64,000 bases of DNA from contig CAWKFG010000001.1 of the NCBI GenBank assembly GCA_963848965.1, forward strand, positions 224,001 to 288,000, written 5' to 3'. Below, piece after piece: positions 41,214 through 51,740 of the stretch. Each line of letters begins with the position of its first letter. The first letter of the stretch is position 1. The notes beneath the pieces were generated by a model. That model saw only the letters and a program-made list of their open reading frames with translations, ran no database searches and was not told the DNA's origin. Source of the DNA: an uncultured bacterium (GTDB lineage: Bacteria; Babelota; Babeliae; Babelales; Babelaceae). The position numbers and the translations under genes were made by a program.

Positions 41214-42713
41214 ATGGATAAAAAAAATACTACGCATGAGCATCAGGGTGAACACGAAGTACAAGAGCATCAGATTCGTGTAGAAAAAGTTCGTAAGTTA
41301 CGTGAGCTGGGTATTGAGCCGTGGCCAGATACGCAACCAGTAGACAGTACGTGTACTCAGGTTATACAAGAATTTCAGGAAGGTAAAGAGCGCCGCTATC
41401 GTGTAGCAGGACGCTTAATGACCATTCGAGTGCATGGCAAAACAGCATTTGCTAATATACAAGATACTACCGGTAAGCTACAGATTTATCTTCGAGCAGA
41501 TACTATTGGACAAGAACGGTTTAAGATTTTTGAAGAGCTGCTTGATACTGGAGATATTCTCTGGTGCGAGGGAACTTCATTTAAGACAAAAACAGGTGAG
41601 ATTACTCTTAATGTAGAAAAATATATTCTACTGAGTAAGTGTTTATATCCATTACCAGATAAATTTCATGGTCTTCATGATATTGAAATTAAGTATCGGC
41701 AGCGGTATCTTGATTTAATGACAAGTAAAGAGACTCGTGATAGGTTTATTACGCGTACGAAAATTATAAGCTCTTTACGATGCTATCTTGATAGTCATGG
41801 ATACTTTGAAGTAGAAACACCTATGTTGCATCCAATAGCTGGAGGAGCTGCAGCTCGTCCTTTTATTACGCATCACAACGCGCTTGATAGTGATTTCTAT
41901 ATAAGAATTGCCCCTGAACTTTATCTTAAAAGGCTATTAGTTGGCGGATTTGAACGTGTTTATGAGCTTAATAGAAATTTTCGTAATGAAGGCATATCTA
42001 CGCGACATAATCCAGAATTTACGATGCTTGAATTTTATACAGCATATAAGGATTATCATTTTAGTATGGATTTTGTTGAAGATATGCTTCGTAAAGCTGC
42101 ACAAGAAGCAGCAGGTAGATTGCAGTTGCCTTATGGAGAGCTATCGATAGATTTTGAAGCACCGTTTAAACGTTTAAGTATGAAACAAGCGGTACTTGAA
42201 TATGGTAATCTTCAGGAAGCTGATCTTGCTGCTGATAAAATAGATCTTGCTATTGATAAGCATAACATTAAACTTGCTCATAAAAATGCCTCAGTAGGCG
42301 AAAAGATTTTTGCTCTTTTTGAAGAGCTTGTTGAACATAAGCTTTTACAACCAACATTTATTCTTGATTTTCCTATCGAAACATCGCCTCTTACTAAGCG
42401 TGACAGTACTAACCCTGCTATTGCTCCTCGTTATGAATTATTTATAGCAGGTATGGAGATTAGTAATAGTTATAATGAGCTTAATGATCCTTTCGATCAA
42501 GCAGAACGTTTTCGTGAACAGTTACAAGCACATGCTGCAGGTAATGTAGAAGCACATCAGTTTGATGCAGACTATGTCAAGGCATTAGAATACGCAATGC
42601 CTCCTGCTGTTGGTGTTGGCATTGGTATAGATAGACTTGTTATGCTTTTTACTAATACTCCTTCAATTAAAGAGGTCATTCTCTTTCCTACGCTTAAAAA
42701 GAAATCAGAGTAA
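41214..42713 (+). CDS. lysS: Lysine--tRNA ligase (class II)
   Basis: YRQRYLDL, GGAAARPF, RIAPELYLKRL, FRNEG, HNPEFTMLE, GIGIDRL. Confidence 0.98.
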   Translation: MDKKNTTHEHQGEHEVQEHQIRVEKVRKLRELGIEPWPDTQPVDSTCTQVIQEFQEGKERRYRVAGRLMTIRVHGKTAFANIQDTTGKLQIYLRADTIGQERFKIFEELLDTGDILWCEGTSFKTKTGEITLNVEKYILLSKCLYPLPDKFHGLHDIEIKYRQRYLDLMTSKETRDRFITRTKIISSLRCYLDSHGYFEVETPMLHPIAGGAAARPFITHHNALDSDFYIRIAPELYLKRLLVGGFERVYELNRNFRNEGISTRHNPEFTMLEFYTAYKDYHFSMDFVEDMLRKAAQEAAGRLQLPYGELSIDFEAPFKRLSMKQAVLEYGNLQEADLAADKIDLAIDKHNIKLAHKNASVGEKIFALFEELVEHKLLQPTFILDFPIETSPLTKRDSTNPAIAPRYELFIAGMEISNSYNELNDPFDQAERFREQLQAHAAGNVEAHQFDADYVKALEYAMPPAVGVGIGIDRLVMLFTNTPSIKEVILFPTLKKKSE

Positions 42714-42721
42714 TAAGTTAT

Positions 42722-42743
42722 AAAGGAGGTGTGAACCTCCTTT
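42722..42743 (+). terminator. Intrinsic terminator after lysS
   Basis: AAAGGAGGT/ACCTCCTTT stem with a T-rich tail. Confidence 0.7.
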
Positions 42744-42935
42744 ATTGTTTGTCTCCTTATTTAAAGTCTCGATGAACAAGCCTATTGTAACTTTAGCCTT
42801 CTATATTTTTTATTTGTAATTGTGATTTGCTACAATTATCCTAAAGATGGTAATTATTGACTTTGTTTTATTAACTTGTATATTTGAAATTACTATAATG
42901 GTTATTTATAAATTACTCTTACAAAAAGGTTACTC

Positions 42936-45155
42936 ATGAAAATGTCTGTGTGTTATGTAGTGACATTACTCACTCTTTTTGCTTCTTGTACGTATAGTAT
43001 GAAGCCTGAAGAACAAGGTAAGCAAGAAGTATCTATACCTACTTTCATGGAAGCAATTCGTGAAGGCAGTATATTTTCTGCAAAACAGTATATTAGTAAC
43101 GGTATAAACGTTAATATACAGAGCAAAAACGGTATTACTCTGCTGATGCTTGCTGTTATGAAAGGCCATGTGAAGATGGTAGAGCTTCTTTTAGCTGCTC
43201 ACGCGTCTGTTAATGTGCGTGATATACATGGTAATACTCCTTTATCTATAGCTCTTAGTACAGCTGCAAATGCACCTATTGACAATGCTGAAACGTTAAT
43301 TGAGAATGCTGAAACGTTAGGGGAAATAAAAAATCTTAACTATTGGATAATTGCTGTAAAGCTTATTGAAGCTGGTGCTCCTCTTGATAAGAAGGCGCTT
43401 AGCTGCAAGGCAAGTAATGAGTGGGAATCTACAAGAACAAAAAATGAATTAAAGAGCCAAGGATATTCTTTAGAAACATCCATACTGCCTTCGTTATGTA
43501 CTGCCGCAGCACGTATGGGAAGTATACAGTGTTTAAAAAGACTTGCTGATATGCAAGTACAGGGTCAAAGTCTATTAACTTTTTTGATACATAATAGTTA
43601 CAAAAAAAGTTTAGGCGGAGCTTTCTTTTTGGCATGTTTAGATGGACAAGTTGAAACTGCTCGGTTTCTAGCACAACATGGTGTAAATATTAATATTAAA
43701 AATGGTGAAGGAGAGACTCCTTTATCATGTGCTGCAGAAAGAGGCGATATAAAAATAGTAGAACTGCTTATAGAACTGGGTTCTGACATACATAAGAGCG
43801 GTGAATATGCTTTAAGAGCAGCTGCTAAAAATGGCCATACGCAAGTAATTGAATTGCTTCTTAAGCATGGAGTTGAGGTACAACACATAGATGGTTATGC
43901 AGATTCACCATTGTTGTGTGCTATAGAAGGCAGACAGCTAGCAGTAGTAAAAATGCTTTTACAAGCAGGAGCTCATGCAAGTGATGAGACTGAAGATATG
44001 TCGGCTGTCGAAAGTGCTATTTGGGATATGAATCCTGAAATAGTAAAGGTACTTGTAGAGCATGGTGCAGCGGTCGATGATAATGATAGCAACTTAAATG
44101 AGCTTTTAACTGTTATTATAAAAGGTGATAGTGAACGACTTACTGCTCTCTTAAAAACAAAGGCAGAACTTATTAATGCGATACCTCGAACAGGAAGTCA
44201 TTATACACCGCTTATGTTTGCTTGTTTACTGGGTGAGATGGCTATAGTAAAAATACTTATTTCAGCTGGAGCAGATATACACCAAAAAGATAGCAATGGT
44301 TGCAATGCGCTTGCATATGCAGCAGCTATAGGTAATGAACCTTTGATAGCTCTGCTTATTACTCAAGGAAGTACAGTATCGAGCCAAGTTATCTTCCGAG
44401 CTATTGAGCATGGACACTATGATCTTGCACGTAATCTTGTACAAAAATGGACTGATGTAAAGGACTATCATATTCCGTTAAATGCGGCTATTAAAGCTCA
44501 GCAGAAACACCTTATAGTAACTCTTATACAAGCAGGAGCAGATCTGGTATCTTTAGCAAAAGAAGATTCATTTTATTATAGGCCAACTTCTACAAATGAA
44601 ACTATTCGTTGTCTTATAGAAGCAGCACAACAACCGGAATTTAAGCACTATCTTCGAATGCAAAAGAACGATTGTTCTCTTATAAGCTCCTCTAACAATA
44701 ATGCTCTTATACATAGGCAGACTCCTCTTATGTGGGCATGTATGCTTGGCCATGATGAAGTAGTAACCAGTATTTTAGTTTCTGATGCTATACGTCTTTT
44801 TGCTGAACAGGATATACATGGAAGAACGGCCTTAATGTATGCAGTTATAGCTGGACATACTGCTTTAGTAGAGCATCTCCTTCAAAGCCAAGTACATGAT
44901 ACAAACGTTCTCAATATAAGAGATAAATATAACCATACAGCACTTTATTATGCTGTAAAAGCAAGCAATCTAAGAATGGTAAAGGCACTTTTAGGTGCAG
45001 GAGCAGAAGTAACTGCTCAATGCGTAAGGTTAGCTGCAGGTCAAAGTAATAAGGAGATTCTTATTACTCTTATGTTTAAAGCTTACAAGACGTATGGAGC
45101 TCTCTTTGGTGCTCAGCATCCTGAAGCGCATAAACTTCTACCTTCTCCTTTTTAA
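42936..45155 (+). CDS. Secreted ankyrin-repeat protein
   Basis: Signal peptide ending TYS-MK; many ankyrin repeats (GETPLSCAAERG, YTPLMFAC, HGRTALMYA). Confidence 0.92.
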   Translation: MKMSVCYVVTLLTLFASCTYSMKPEEQGKQEVSIPTFMEAIREGSIFSAKQYISNGINVNIQSKNGITLLMLAVMKGHVKMVELLLAAHASVNVRDIHGNTPLSIALSTAANAPIDNAETLIENAETLGEIKNLNYWIIAVKLIEAGAPLDKKALSCKASNEWESTRTKNELKSQGYSLETSILPSLCTAAARMGSIQCLKRLADMQVQGQSLLTFLIHNSYKKSLGGAFFLACLDGQVETARFLAQHGVNINIKNGEGETPLSCAAERGDIKIVELLIELGSDIHKSGEYALRAAAKNGHTQVIELLLKHGVEVQHIDGYADSPLLCAIEGRQLAVVKMLLQAGAHASDETEDMSAVESAIWDMNPEIVKVLVEHGAAVDDNDSNLNELLTVIIKGDSERLTALLKTKAELINAIPRTGSHYTPLMFACLLGEMAIVKILISAGADIHQKDSNGCNALAYAAAIGNEPLIALLITQGSTVSSQVIFRAIEHGHYDLARNLVQKWTDVKDYHIPLNAAIKAQQKHLIVTLIQAGADLVSLAKEDSFYYRPTSTNETIRCLIEAAQQPEFKHYLRMQKNDCSLISSSNNNALIHRQTPLMWACMLGHDEVVTSILVSDAIRLFAEQDIHGRTALMYAVIAGHTALVEHLLQSQVHDTNVLNIRDKYNHTALYYAVKASNLRMVKALLGAGAEVTAQCVRLAAGQSNKEILITLMFKAYKTYGALFGAQHPEAHKLLPSPF

Positions 45156-46158
45156 GTTTTTTACAAGCAAAGGACTGTGGTCCCTTGCTTTCTAATTGTG
45201 CAAGACATTCAATAATATGAATAATTTCATTTTCTATCTCTTGTTCATGTAATAAAGTAATATTAAGAACGCTGTTAGCAGCTTGTAATACTGCAAGCCC
45301 ATTGTTAACTACATTGACGCTGTTATGCGCAAGAGAAATAAAAGCTTTAATAGTATGAGCAAAATGTTGCTGTGTTGAAGAGAGCTTATTAGTAAACGTA
45401 ATGTTTTTATCATGAATATCATCAACTATAGAGCTCGGCTCTTTTTCAAAGAGCGCTATTATATGTTGAAGGTTATATACATGCTCCATTTGGCTTATAA
45501 CGATATTATGAAGAGCACAGTGAGTAATAGTGCATCTATCAATAAGTTGGTTAAATTTTGCAGGAGATGAAACAAGTGTTGAAAGAAATTTTTCTTCACT
45601 AAGAGTGCTTAGAAGAGGCATTCGCTGTAAAGAACTGTTTTTTAAGTAGAGATGAAGAAAGGTTAAGTGTTCGCGCATTTTCTTAAAATGAGGAAGTGCT
45701 GTAGGCTCAATAGAAAGCCGCTTATAGTGAGAACTTGTTGCAGCAAAGCTTTCTAAAGCTAATAGTCTGTCAAGAGACTCTGTAAGCGCATGTATAATCG
45801 AAGCTGAAGTATGTACTAAAGGACTTATAGCAAAAGAGTTAAGCCGCGAAAGAAATTTAAAAGAAAGAGCAAGCTCTTTTATAGTTGCAGGTGAAAGTTG
45901 TCCAGAGGATTGAGTAAGAGTAGTTTTGATGTGAGTAAAATCTGCAAGTATGCTTTGTAGGGGACTATGACACTTTTGGAATTCTTCCTTAAAATGAGAT
46001 GAATGATGCTCTGTTGCACTTACTCTCTTATTAAAAAGATGAATAAGGCAAATAAGCTTTTCAGTCTCTTCATTAAGTAGCGAGTTATCTGCTCTCGTTA
46101 TTCCCTGTAAGGTTATTATAAAGAGTGGTAAAAGTATTTTAAACATAAATTTTACCAT
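45076..46158 (-). CDS. Hypothetical secreted helical protein
   Basis: 360-aa ORF, AAGGAG RBS, signal-like N-terminus; 80 bp convergent overlap with the ankyrin gene. Confidence 0.7.
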   Translation of the reverse strand: MVKFMFKILLPLFIITLQGITRADNSLLNEETEKLICLIHLFNKRVSATEHHSSHFKEEFQKCHSPLQSILADFTHIKTTLTQSSGQLSPATIKELALSFKFLSRLNSFAISPLVHTSASIIHALTESLDRLLALESFAATSSHYKRLSIEPTALPHFKKMREHLTFLHLYLKNSSLQRMPLLSTLSEEKFLSTLVSSPAKFNQLIDRCTITHCALHNIVISQMEHVYNLQHIIALFEKEPSSIVDDIHDKNITFTNKLSSTQQHFAHTIKAFISLAHNSVNVVNNGLAVLQAANSVLNITLLHEQEIENEIIHIIECLAQLESKGPQSFACKKLKKEKVEVYALQDAEHQRELHTSCKL

Positions 46159-46335
46159 ATTTTTTCTCCTTTTAAAGTATCATAATCTGGCTAGTTATAA
46201 TATTTTTTTTTCACAATGTAAACTGTTTTAACAAAACAAGCTCTTATTACGAGTATAAGAGCTTACTGCAAGTAAAAGTAGGAGGATTGTTTTTTTTGTG
46301 CTAAAGTGATAGAGGGTTTTTAAGGTATTAGATTT

Positions 46336-48081
46336 TTGAGGGGGTATATGAGCAGTAGTGTGTCTTCAGTAGCAGGTGCAAAATATGTGTGGAAACTTCC
46401 AGATACAGCTCATCAGATTGTGATGGATCTTGCTCTTGCTTATAATATCTCTGTACCTATTATGCAAACACTTGTAAGTCGAGGTATAGCTTCTCGTGAT
46501 AGCCTTGATAGTTATCTTTTTAGCACTCTTGAAAAAGACGTAGCTCATCCAACATTGCTTAAAGATGCTGAAAAAGCTATAGATCGTATTTTGAGTGCAA
46601 TTAAGAATAATGAAAAGATTCTTATCTGTGGCGATTATGATGTTGATGGTATTACCTCATCTGCTATGATGATGCTCTGCTTACTTCCTTTAACACCCCA
46701 TGTAAACTTTTTTTTACCACATCGCGTTCGTGATGGTTATGGACTTTCAGTAAAGACGATAGAGCGAGCAGCTAAAAATGGCTATACTGTGGTAATTACT
46801 GTTGATAATGGTATTACTGCTTTTGAGCCTGCTCTTCAAGCAAAAAAGTTAGGTATAGATCTTATCATTACAGATCATCATAAGCCACATGAGCATGCTC
46901 CTGAAGCCTATGCTATTATTAATCCTCATCAAACATCATGTTTGTATCCCTATAAAAAGCTTGCAGGAGTAGGAGTAACGTTCAAGCTTCTTTCTCTCCT
47001 TTATGAGCGGTTAGAACGGTCACTTCCAGCTAAAGTATATGAATTGTTGTTACTAGGTACTATAGCTGATGTAGTTCCGCTTACAGGCGAAAATCGCTTT
47101 TGGGTTCGGCATGGTTTAAGATACGTAAATACAAAAGAGAGTTTTTCATTACGGGTTCTTAAGCAAAATGCTCGATTTTCAAAACCGCTCCTTTCTGCCT
47201 CTGATATTGGCTTTTTTATTACACCTCAAATCAATGCTCTGGGCCGTTTAGAGGATGCTCGAGAGGGAGTAAAATTTTTAATAGGAAATGATACTACAGA
47301 AATTGAACGTGTAGGGACAGTGCTCAAAGAGTTAAATGAAGCTCGAAAAGCGATTGAGAAATCAGTTTTAGCTTCTGTTGAAGAGGAGATTGCTGCAAAA
47401 AAAATAAATCTTGAACATGAGCGCATTATTTTAGCTTCATCGCATGAATGGCAACCGGGCGTTATAGGTCTTGTTGCTTCTCGTTTAGTAAGTGCTTACA
47501 ATCGTCCTACTTTACTTTTTCACATTACACAAGATAATATTGCTAAAGGATCATGCCGTTCCGTACAAGGATTTAATGTTTTTGAAGCTCTTCATGAACA
47601 TAAAGACCTTCTTTCCTCTTTTGGAGGTCATGCAATGGCTGCAGGACTTGCGCTTCCTGCTGCAAAACTGCAGGAACTTAAAGAGCGGCTAGAAGCTACT
47701 ATTAAAGCTCAAATACCAGTGTTTGAACAGAAACCAACAATTGCACTTGATGCAGAGCTATCACTTCCTGAAGTAAATAAAAAGCTGCTTTCTGATTTAT
47801 CTTATTTAGAGCCTTTTGGTAATGAAAATACGCAACCTCTTTTTTATTTACAACAGGTGACCCTTGTTGATAATCCTGTTATACTAAAGGATGCTCATGT
47901 AAAATGTATGGTATTTAAAGACGGTATACTGAAGCCCGTTATATTTTTTAATCGGCCTGAGATGTATACACTGCTTATGGAAAGAAAAAACGATCATCTT
48001 TCACTTGCTGTATATGTAACAGAGAATCATTGGAATGGAAAAGTATCAATAGAACTGCAGGGAGTGGATATAGCGCTATGA
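46336..48081 (+). CDS. recJ: Single-stranded-DNA exonuclease RecJ
   Basis: GDYDVDG, DGYGL, TVDNG, TDHH, GTIADVVPL, FGGHAMAAG; true start may be ATG 46348. Confidence 0.97.
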   Translation: MRGYMSSSVSSVAGAKYVWKLPDTAHQIVMDLALAYNISVPIMQTLVSRGIASRDSLDSYLFSTLEKDVAHPTLLKDAEKAIDRILSAIKNNEKILICGDYDVDGITSSAMMMLCLLPLTPHVNFFLPHRVRDGYGLSVKTIERAAKNGYTVVITVDNGITAFEPALQAKKLGIDLIITDHHKPHEHAPEAYAIINPHQTSCLYPYKKLAGVGVTFKLLSLLYERLERSLPAKVYELLLLGTIADVVPLTGENRFWVRHGLRYVNTKESFSLRVLKQNARFSKPLLSASDIGFFITPQINALGRLEDAREGVKFLIGNDTTEIERVGTVLKELNEARKAIEKSVLASVEEEIAAKKINLEHERIILASSHEWQPGVIGLVASRLVSAYNRPTLLFHITQDNIAKGSCRSVQGFNVFEALHEHKDLLSSFGGHAMAAGLALPAAKLQELKERLEATIKAQIPVFEQKPTIALDAELSLPEVNKKLLSDLSYLEPFGNENTQPLFYLQQVTLVDNPVILKDAHVKCMVFKDGILKPVIFFNRPEMYTLLMERKNDHLSLAVYVTENHWNGKVSIELQGVDIAL

Positions 48082-48752
48082 TTATTACTATTGATGGGCC
48101 TGTAGCAAGTGGAAAGTCTACCATAGCTCGTGCGCTTGCAGAACAATTAGGCTATATGTACCTTAACTCTGGCCTACTCTTTAGAGCACTTGCGTATATA
48201 TATACGAAGGAAAGGCGCGCATCTGATGAGACTATGATGCACAGTACTCCTCATGAAGTAGAGTCCATTGTATACCAAGGTAGAATACGTTATACATATT
48301 CTATGGAACAAGGAGCACGTATCTTATTAGACGGGGTAGATATAACACCTTTTTTAAAGGATCCTGATATTGATCGTGCGGCGTCTTTAATGAGTCTTAA
48401 TCCTGCAGTACGACAAGTGCTTCTTGAGTATCAGCGCAATTTTGTCGGAGAAAACAATGCGGTAATTGATGGAAGAGATGCGGGTACAGTTGTCTTTCCT
48501 CATGCAGATGTTAAGTTTTACTTAACGGCTTCGCTGCAGATACGAGCACAACGCTGGCATCGTGATCAACTTCTTAAGGGCACTACTATAAGTTTAGAAG
48601 AGAGTTTGCAGGCACTTGTTGAGCGAGATAAACGAGATAGTACACGTTCTGTTGCTCCGCTTAAGCCTGCATGTGATGCTTTAATACTAGATACATCTTC
48701 TCTTACTACACAAGAAGTAATGGCGCACATTATTGAGGCTCTTCAGGGGTGA
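48078..48752 (+). CDS. cmk: Cytidylate kinase
   Basis: MIITIDGPVASGKST, DGRDAGTVVFP, RDKRD; ATG 48078 overlaps the recJ stop. Confidence 0.96.
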   Translation: MIITIDGPVASGKSTIARALAEQLGYMYLNSGLLFRALAYIYTKERRASDETMMHSTPHEVESIVYQGRIRYTYSMEQGARILLDGVDITPFLKDPDIDRAASLMSLNPAVRQVLLEYQRNFVGENNAVIDGRDAGTVVFPHADVKFYLTASLQIRAQRWHRDQLLKGTTISLEESLQALVERDKRDSTRSVAPLKPACDALILDTSSLTTQEVMAHIIEALQG

Positions 48753-48857
48753 TTTTATACTATCTTGTTTTACCAAATTGCTTAATTGTTAATTTTAGTA
48801 TAAAGTAATATGATAGAGAAGTAGATAACATAATATGTATTACCTTAGTTAAAGATT

Positions 48858-51134
48858 ATGAAATATTGCATACTAGTATTGTTTGTTGTACAATTTTTTA
48901 TCCCGTGTTTTTCTATGAAAAGAGACGCTCCTATCTCTGATAATAAAAGACAGGTCAAGAGATCTTGTATACAATGGCAACACTCTTTTAAAGATGGATG
49001 TTCTCAAAAACATCTTCAATATCCATCTTTTTTGTTAAGAGCTGGAGTGCCTTACCCTTGTACAGCACATGCTAGGGTTGGAGAGGTTAATCAAGGAGTA
49101 AAAGAACCATTTACAAATAACGACTGGAGTAGTTTTTCACATGTGTACCGTCATGTGTGTTCAAAGTATTCTATTTCTTATACATCTGGTATTGCAGACC
49201 ACAAGTCTCTTCTTTTGGTATTGGCTGCAGCTCGTGGACATGAAACACTTGTTAAATATATGCTAGAAGCAAATCCTCTTATTACATCTTATAAGTCAGC
49301 TTATACAACTTTGTTACTAGCAGCTGCTCGAGGAGGGCATAAGCATATTATTGAATATCTTATCAAGCAGGGAGCTGATGTACATGAAGCATGGAAAAGC
49401 GCACTAGCAGATCAAGATGTAGACGCGGCTCTTAATCTAGTACAAGGACAGGAGCTTGATGGTAATACACTAATTGGTACAAATGCTATGTTTCTTATAA
49501 ATGCCCTAGAGGCCGGATCTAAAGCTTTTATAGAAAAGATTATAGCTGCCGGAGCAGGTGTTAATGCTTGTTCTGCTGAAGGTATGACGCCACTTATGCG
49601 AGCTGCTCAATTAGGAGATAAAGAGCTTGTAAAACTTTTATTAGAGAATAAAGCAGATGTTAACAAGGTCGATAGTGCGCAATGTAGTGCTTTAATTTAT
49701 GCAATACAAGCAGGATATGATGATATAGCAAAACTTTTTATTTCCTATGGTGCTCCAATAGAAGATGACTTACTTTGGACTGTTATTAATAATGAAGAAT
49801 CGTTAGTAAGCAAACTGCTGACTCTTAAATCTGCTCTTGTTAATGTGCAAGATAAACAAAGTGGTAATTCTGCGCTTATGTGTGCAATTAAAAAGAGAAA
49901 TGAGAGTATTGCCACCGAGCTTATACAGAGAGGTGCATCAGTTAATACTGCTAATAAAAAAGGTCAAACAGCTCTTATGTTTGCTGCTCTTGAAGGATTA
50001 GAAAAAATAGTAACACTGTTACTTGAACGTGCTGCCAACAGCGGTGCACAAGACAATTCTGGTCTTACTGCTTTAATGTTTGCTATCTATCGAGGACATG
50101 CTGGAGTAGTACGCATTTTATTGAATCATACTGCTGATGTGCGAGTTCGTACCAAAGAGGGCTGGGATGCTCTTATGATAGCTGCAGATAAAGGAAATAA
50201 AGAAGTAGTAGAAATGCTCTTAGCTAAAGGGGCAGACAGTAATGCTCAAAATCCTACTAATGATAATGCTCTTACTCGAGCTTTGTTGCGCAAGCATACG
50301 GAAGTTGTTGATACGCTTATTGGCAAAGGAGCAAATGTTCACAAAAGCTTACTATTGGCTGCTTCTAATGGTTATTTAGAGGTAGTTACGAGGCTTGTCG
50401 AGCTTGGGGCTAATACTTCAATACGTATACCTCATAGGAATTATACACCCTTAGTACTTGCTCGTGAAGGACGACATGAAGAGGTGAGTAATTTTCTTGA
50501 GCTTTGTACGCAGCCAGGGATACTGCTCTATCGGCAAGATCCTAATGCTTATGTAGATTCTCATATACAACAATGCTTTGTACATAAAAAATATCCTCGC
50601 ACCTGTTTAGTACACTTTAATGAATGTTACTTTGAGCAAAAGGCTCCAGACCATTCTATTTGTTACCATCAAACAGTGCTCATGTGGGCTTGTATATTTG
50701 GACATGCTCATATAGTGGAAAAGATTCTTTTATCTGGAGTGCCATCATGGTATATAAGTGCACAAGACAAATTTGGGTGCACAGCGTTACATTATGCAAT
50801 TATTTATGGTCATACTCCTTGTATTAATACAATGCTTAGGTGGCATACGGCAGATAAAGAACGTATAAAAGAGCTGTATGAAGATAATCCTGAAGCGCTG
50901 AAGAAAGCTCGCGCTCTGTCAGGTATAAATCTGTGTAATGCAAAAGGAAGCTCTGCTCTGATGCATGCCATTAAAAAAGGAAATTTAGGCCTTATTTCTC
51001 GCCTTATAGAAGCAGGAGCATGGCCGAGTAGTAAAGCGATAAAACTTGCTGTAACATTAGGACACAAAGAGATCGCTATCAAGCTTCTCTTTTTACTATC
51101 GCCTGATGGAAAACAATATCCTCACATTTTTTAA
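48858..51134 (+). CDS. Secreted ankyrin-repeat protein
   Basis: Signal peptide ending CFS-MK; basic KR..KRQVKR after it; multiple ankyrin repeats. Confidence 0.92.
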   Translation: MKYCILVLFVVQFFIPCFSMKRDAPISDNKRQVKRSCIQWQHSFKDGCSQKHLQYPSFLLRAGVPYPCTAHARVGEVNQGVKEPFTNNDWSSFSHVYRHVCSKYSISYTSGIADHKSLLLVLAAARGHETLVKYMLEANPLITSYKSAYTTLLLAAARGGHKHIIEYLIKQGADVHEAWKSALADQDVDAALNLVQGQELDGNTLIGTNAMFLINALEAGSKAFIEKIIAAGAGVNACSAEGMTPLMRAAQLGDKELVKLLLENKADVNKVDSAQCSALIYAIQAGYDDIAKLFISYGAPIEDDLLWTVINNEESLVSKLLTLKSALVNVQDKQSGNSALMCAIKKRNESIATELIQRGASVNTANKKGQTALMFAALEGLEKIVTLLLERAANSGAQDNSGLTALMFAIYRGHAGVVRILLNHTADVRVRTKEGWDALMIAADKGNKEVVEMLLAKGADSNAQNPTNDNALTRALLRKHTEVVDTLIGKGANVHKSLLLAASNGYLEVVTRLVELGANTSIRIPHRNYTPLVLAREGRHEEVSNFLELCTQPGILLYRQDPNAYVDSHIQQCFVHKKYPRTCLVHFNECYFEQKAPDHSICYHQTVLMWACIFGHAHIVEKILLSGVPSWYISAQDKFGCTALHYAIIYGHTPCINTMLRWHTADKERIKELYEDNPEALKKARALSGINLCNAKGSSALMHAIKKGNLGLISRLIEAGAWPSSKAIKLAVTLGHKEIAIKLLFLLSPDGKQYPHIF

Positions 51135-51140
51135 ATAAAA

Positions 51141-51169
51141 AAGCTGCAGGTAACTAATACCTGCAGCTT
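51141..51169. terminator. Bidirectional terminator
   Basis: AAGCTGCAGGTA/TACCTGCAGCTT stem between convergent genes, flanked by A and T runs. Confidence 0.75.
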
Positions 51170-51185
51170 AATTTTTGAGACACCG

Positions 51186-51617
51186 TTACTTTGTGTCGTC
51201 TTCATCTTCATCTGCTGCTGGTGCTGGAGCTGCAGGAGTTCTTGCTGGAACCTGTGCTGCTGAAGCTTTAGTATCGAGTGTTTTTAATTCTTGATCATCT
51301 TCATCAAGATCAAAATCTTCGTCACCTGCAAATTGATCTTGTGCTACAGGAGCTGGGCGAGCAGGAGCTGCTGATAGCTGTGCGCCTGTTTCGTCATATG
51401 CACCTTCTGTATAAGAAGCTTGTGCAGCTGGTTGTTGTTCGTCATAGTAAGCAGAAGGAGCAGGTGCATAAGAAGCGTCTGCAGGAGCAGGAGCTGCAGG
51501 ACAGCAAACAGGTGCAGCTACTGGGTAGCAACAACGACGACGACCGTTATTCATCCAACCACACGCAGGTATAAGCAGCACTAAGCTGAATAATGAAAAG
51601 TAAGAAAGACGTTTCAT
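51186..51617 (-). CDS. Low-complexity Ala/Pro/Asp-rich lipoprotein
   Basis: AAGGAG RBS, lipobox-like LIPAC, paired CC motifs, disordered acidic C-terminus. Confidence 0.7.
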   Translation of the reverse strand: MKRLSYFSLFSLVLLIPACGWMNNGRRRCCYPVAAPVCCPAAPAPADASYAPAPSAYYDEQQPAAQASYTEGAYDETGAQLSAAPARPAPVAQDQFAGDEDFDLDEDDQELKTLDTKASAAQVPARTPAAPAPAADEDEDDTK

Positions 51618-51696
51618 AGACTCTCCTTATAAAGAGGGTTAATATACTGTCGCCCATTTTAAATCAAAATGGCACCTTTACGCAAGCTGTTCGTAT

Positions 51697-51732
51697 AAAA
51701 AAAGGGCAAAGTTTTGAACTTTGCCCTTTTTT
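51697..51732 (-). terminator. Intrinsic terminator after lon
   Basis: AAAAAAGGGCAAAGTT/AACTTTGCCCTTTTTT inverted repeat. Confidence 0.8.
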
Positions 51733-51740
51733 AGGTACTT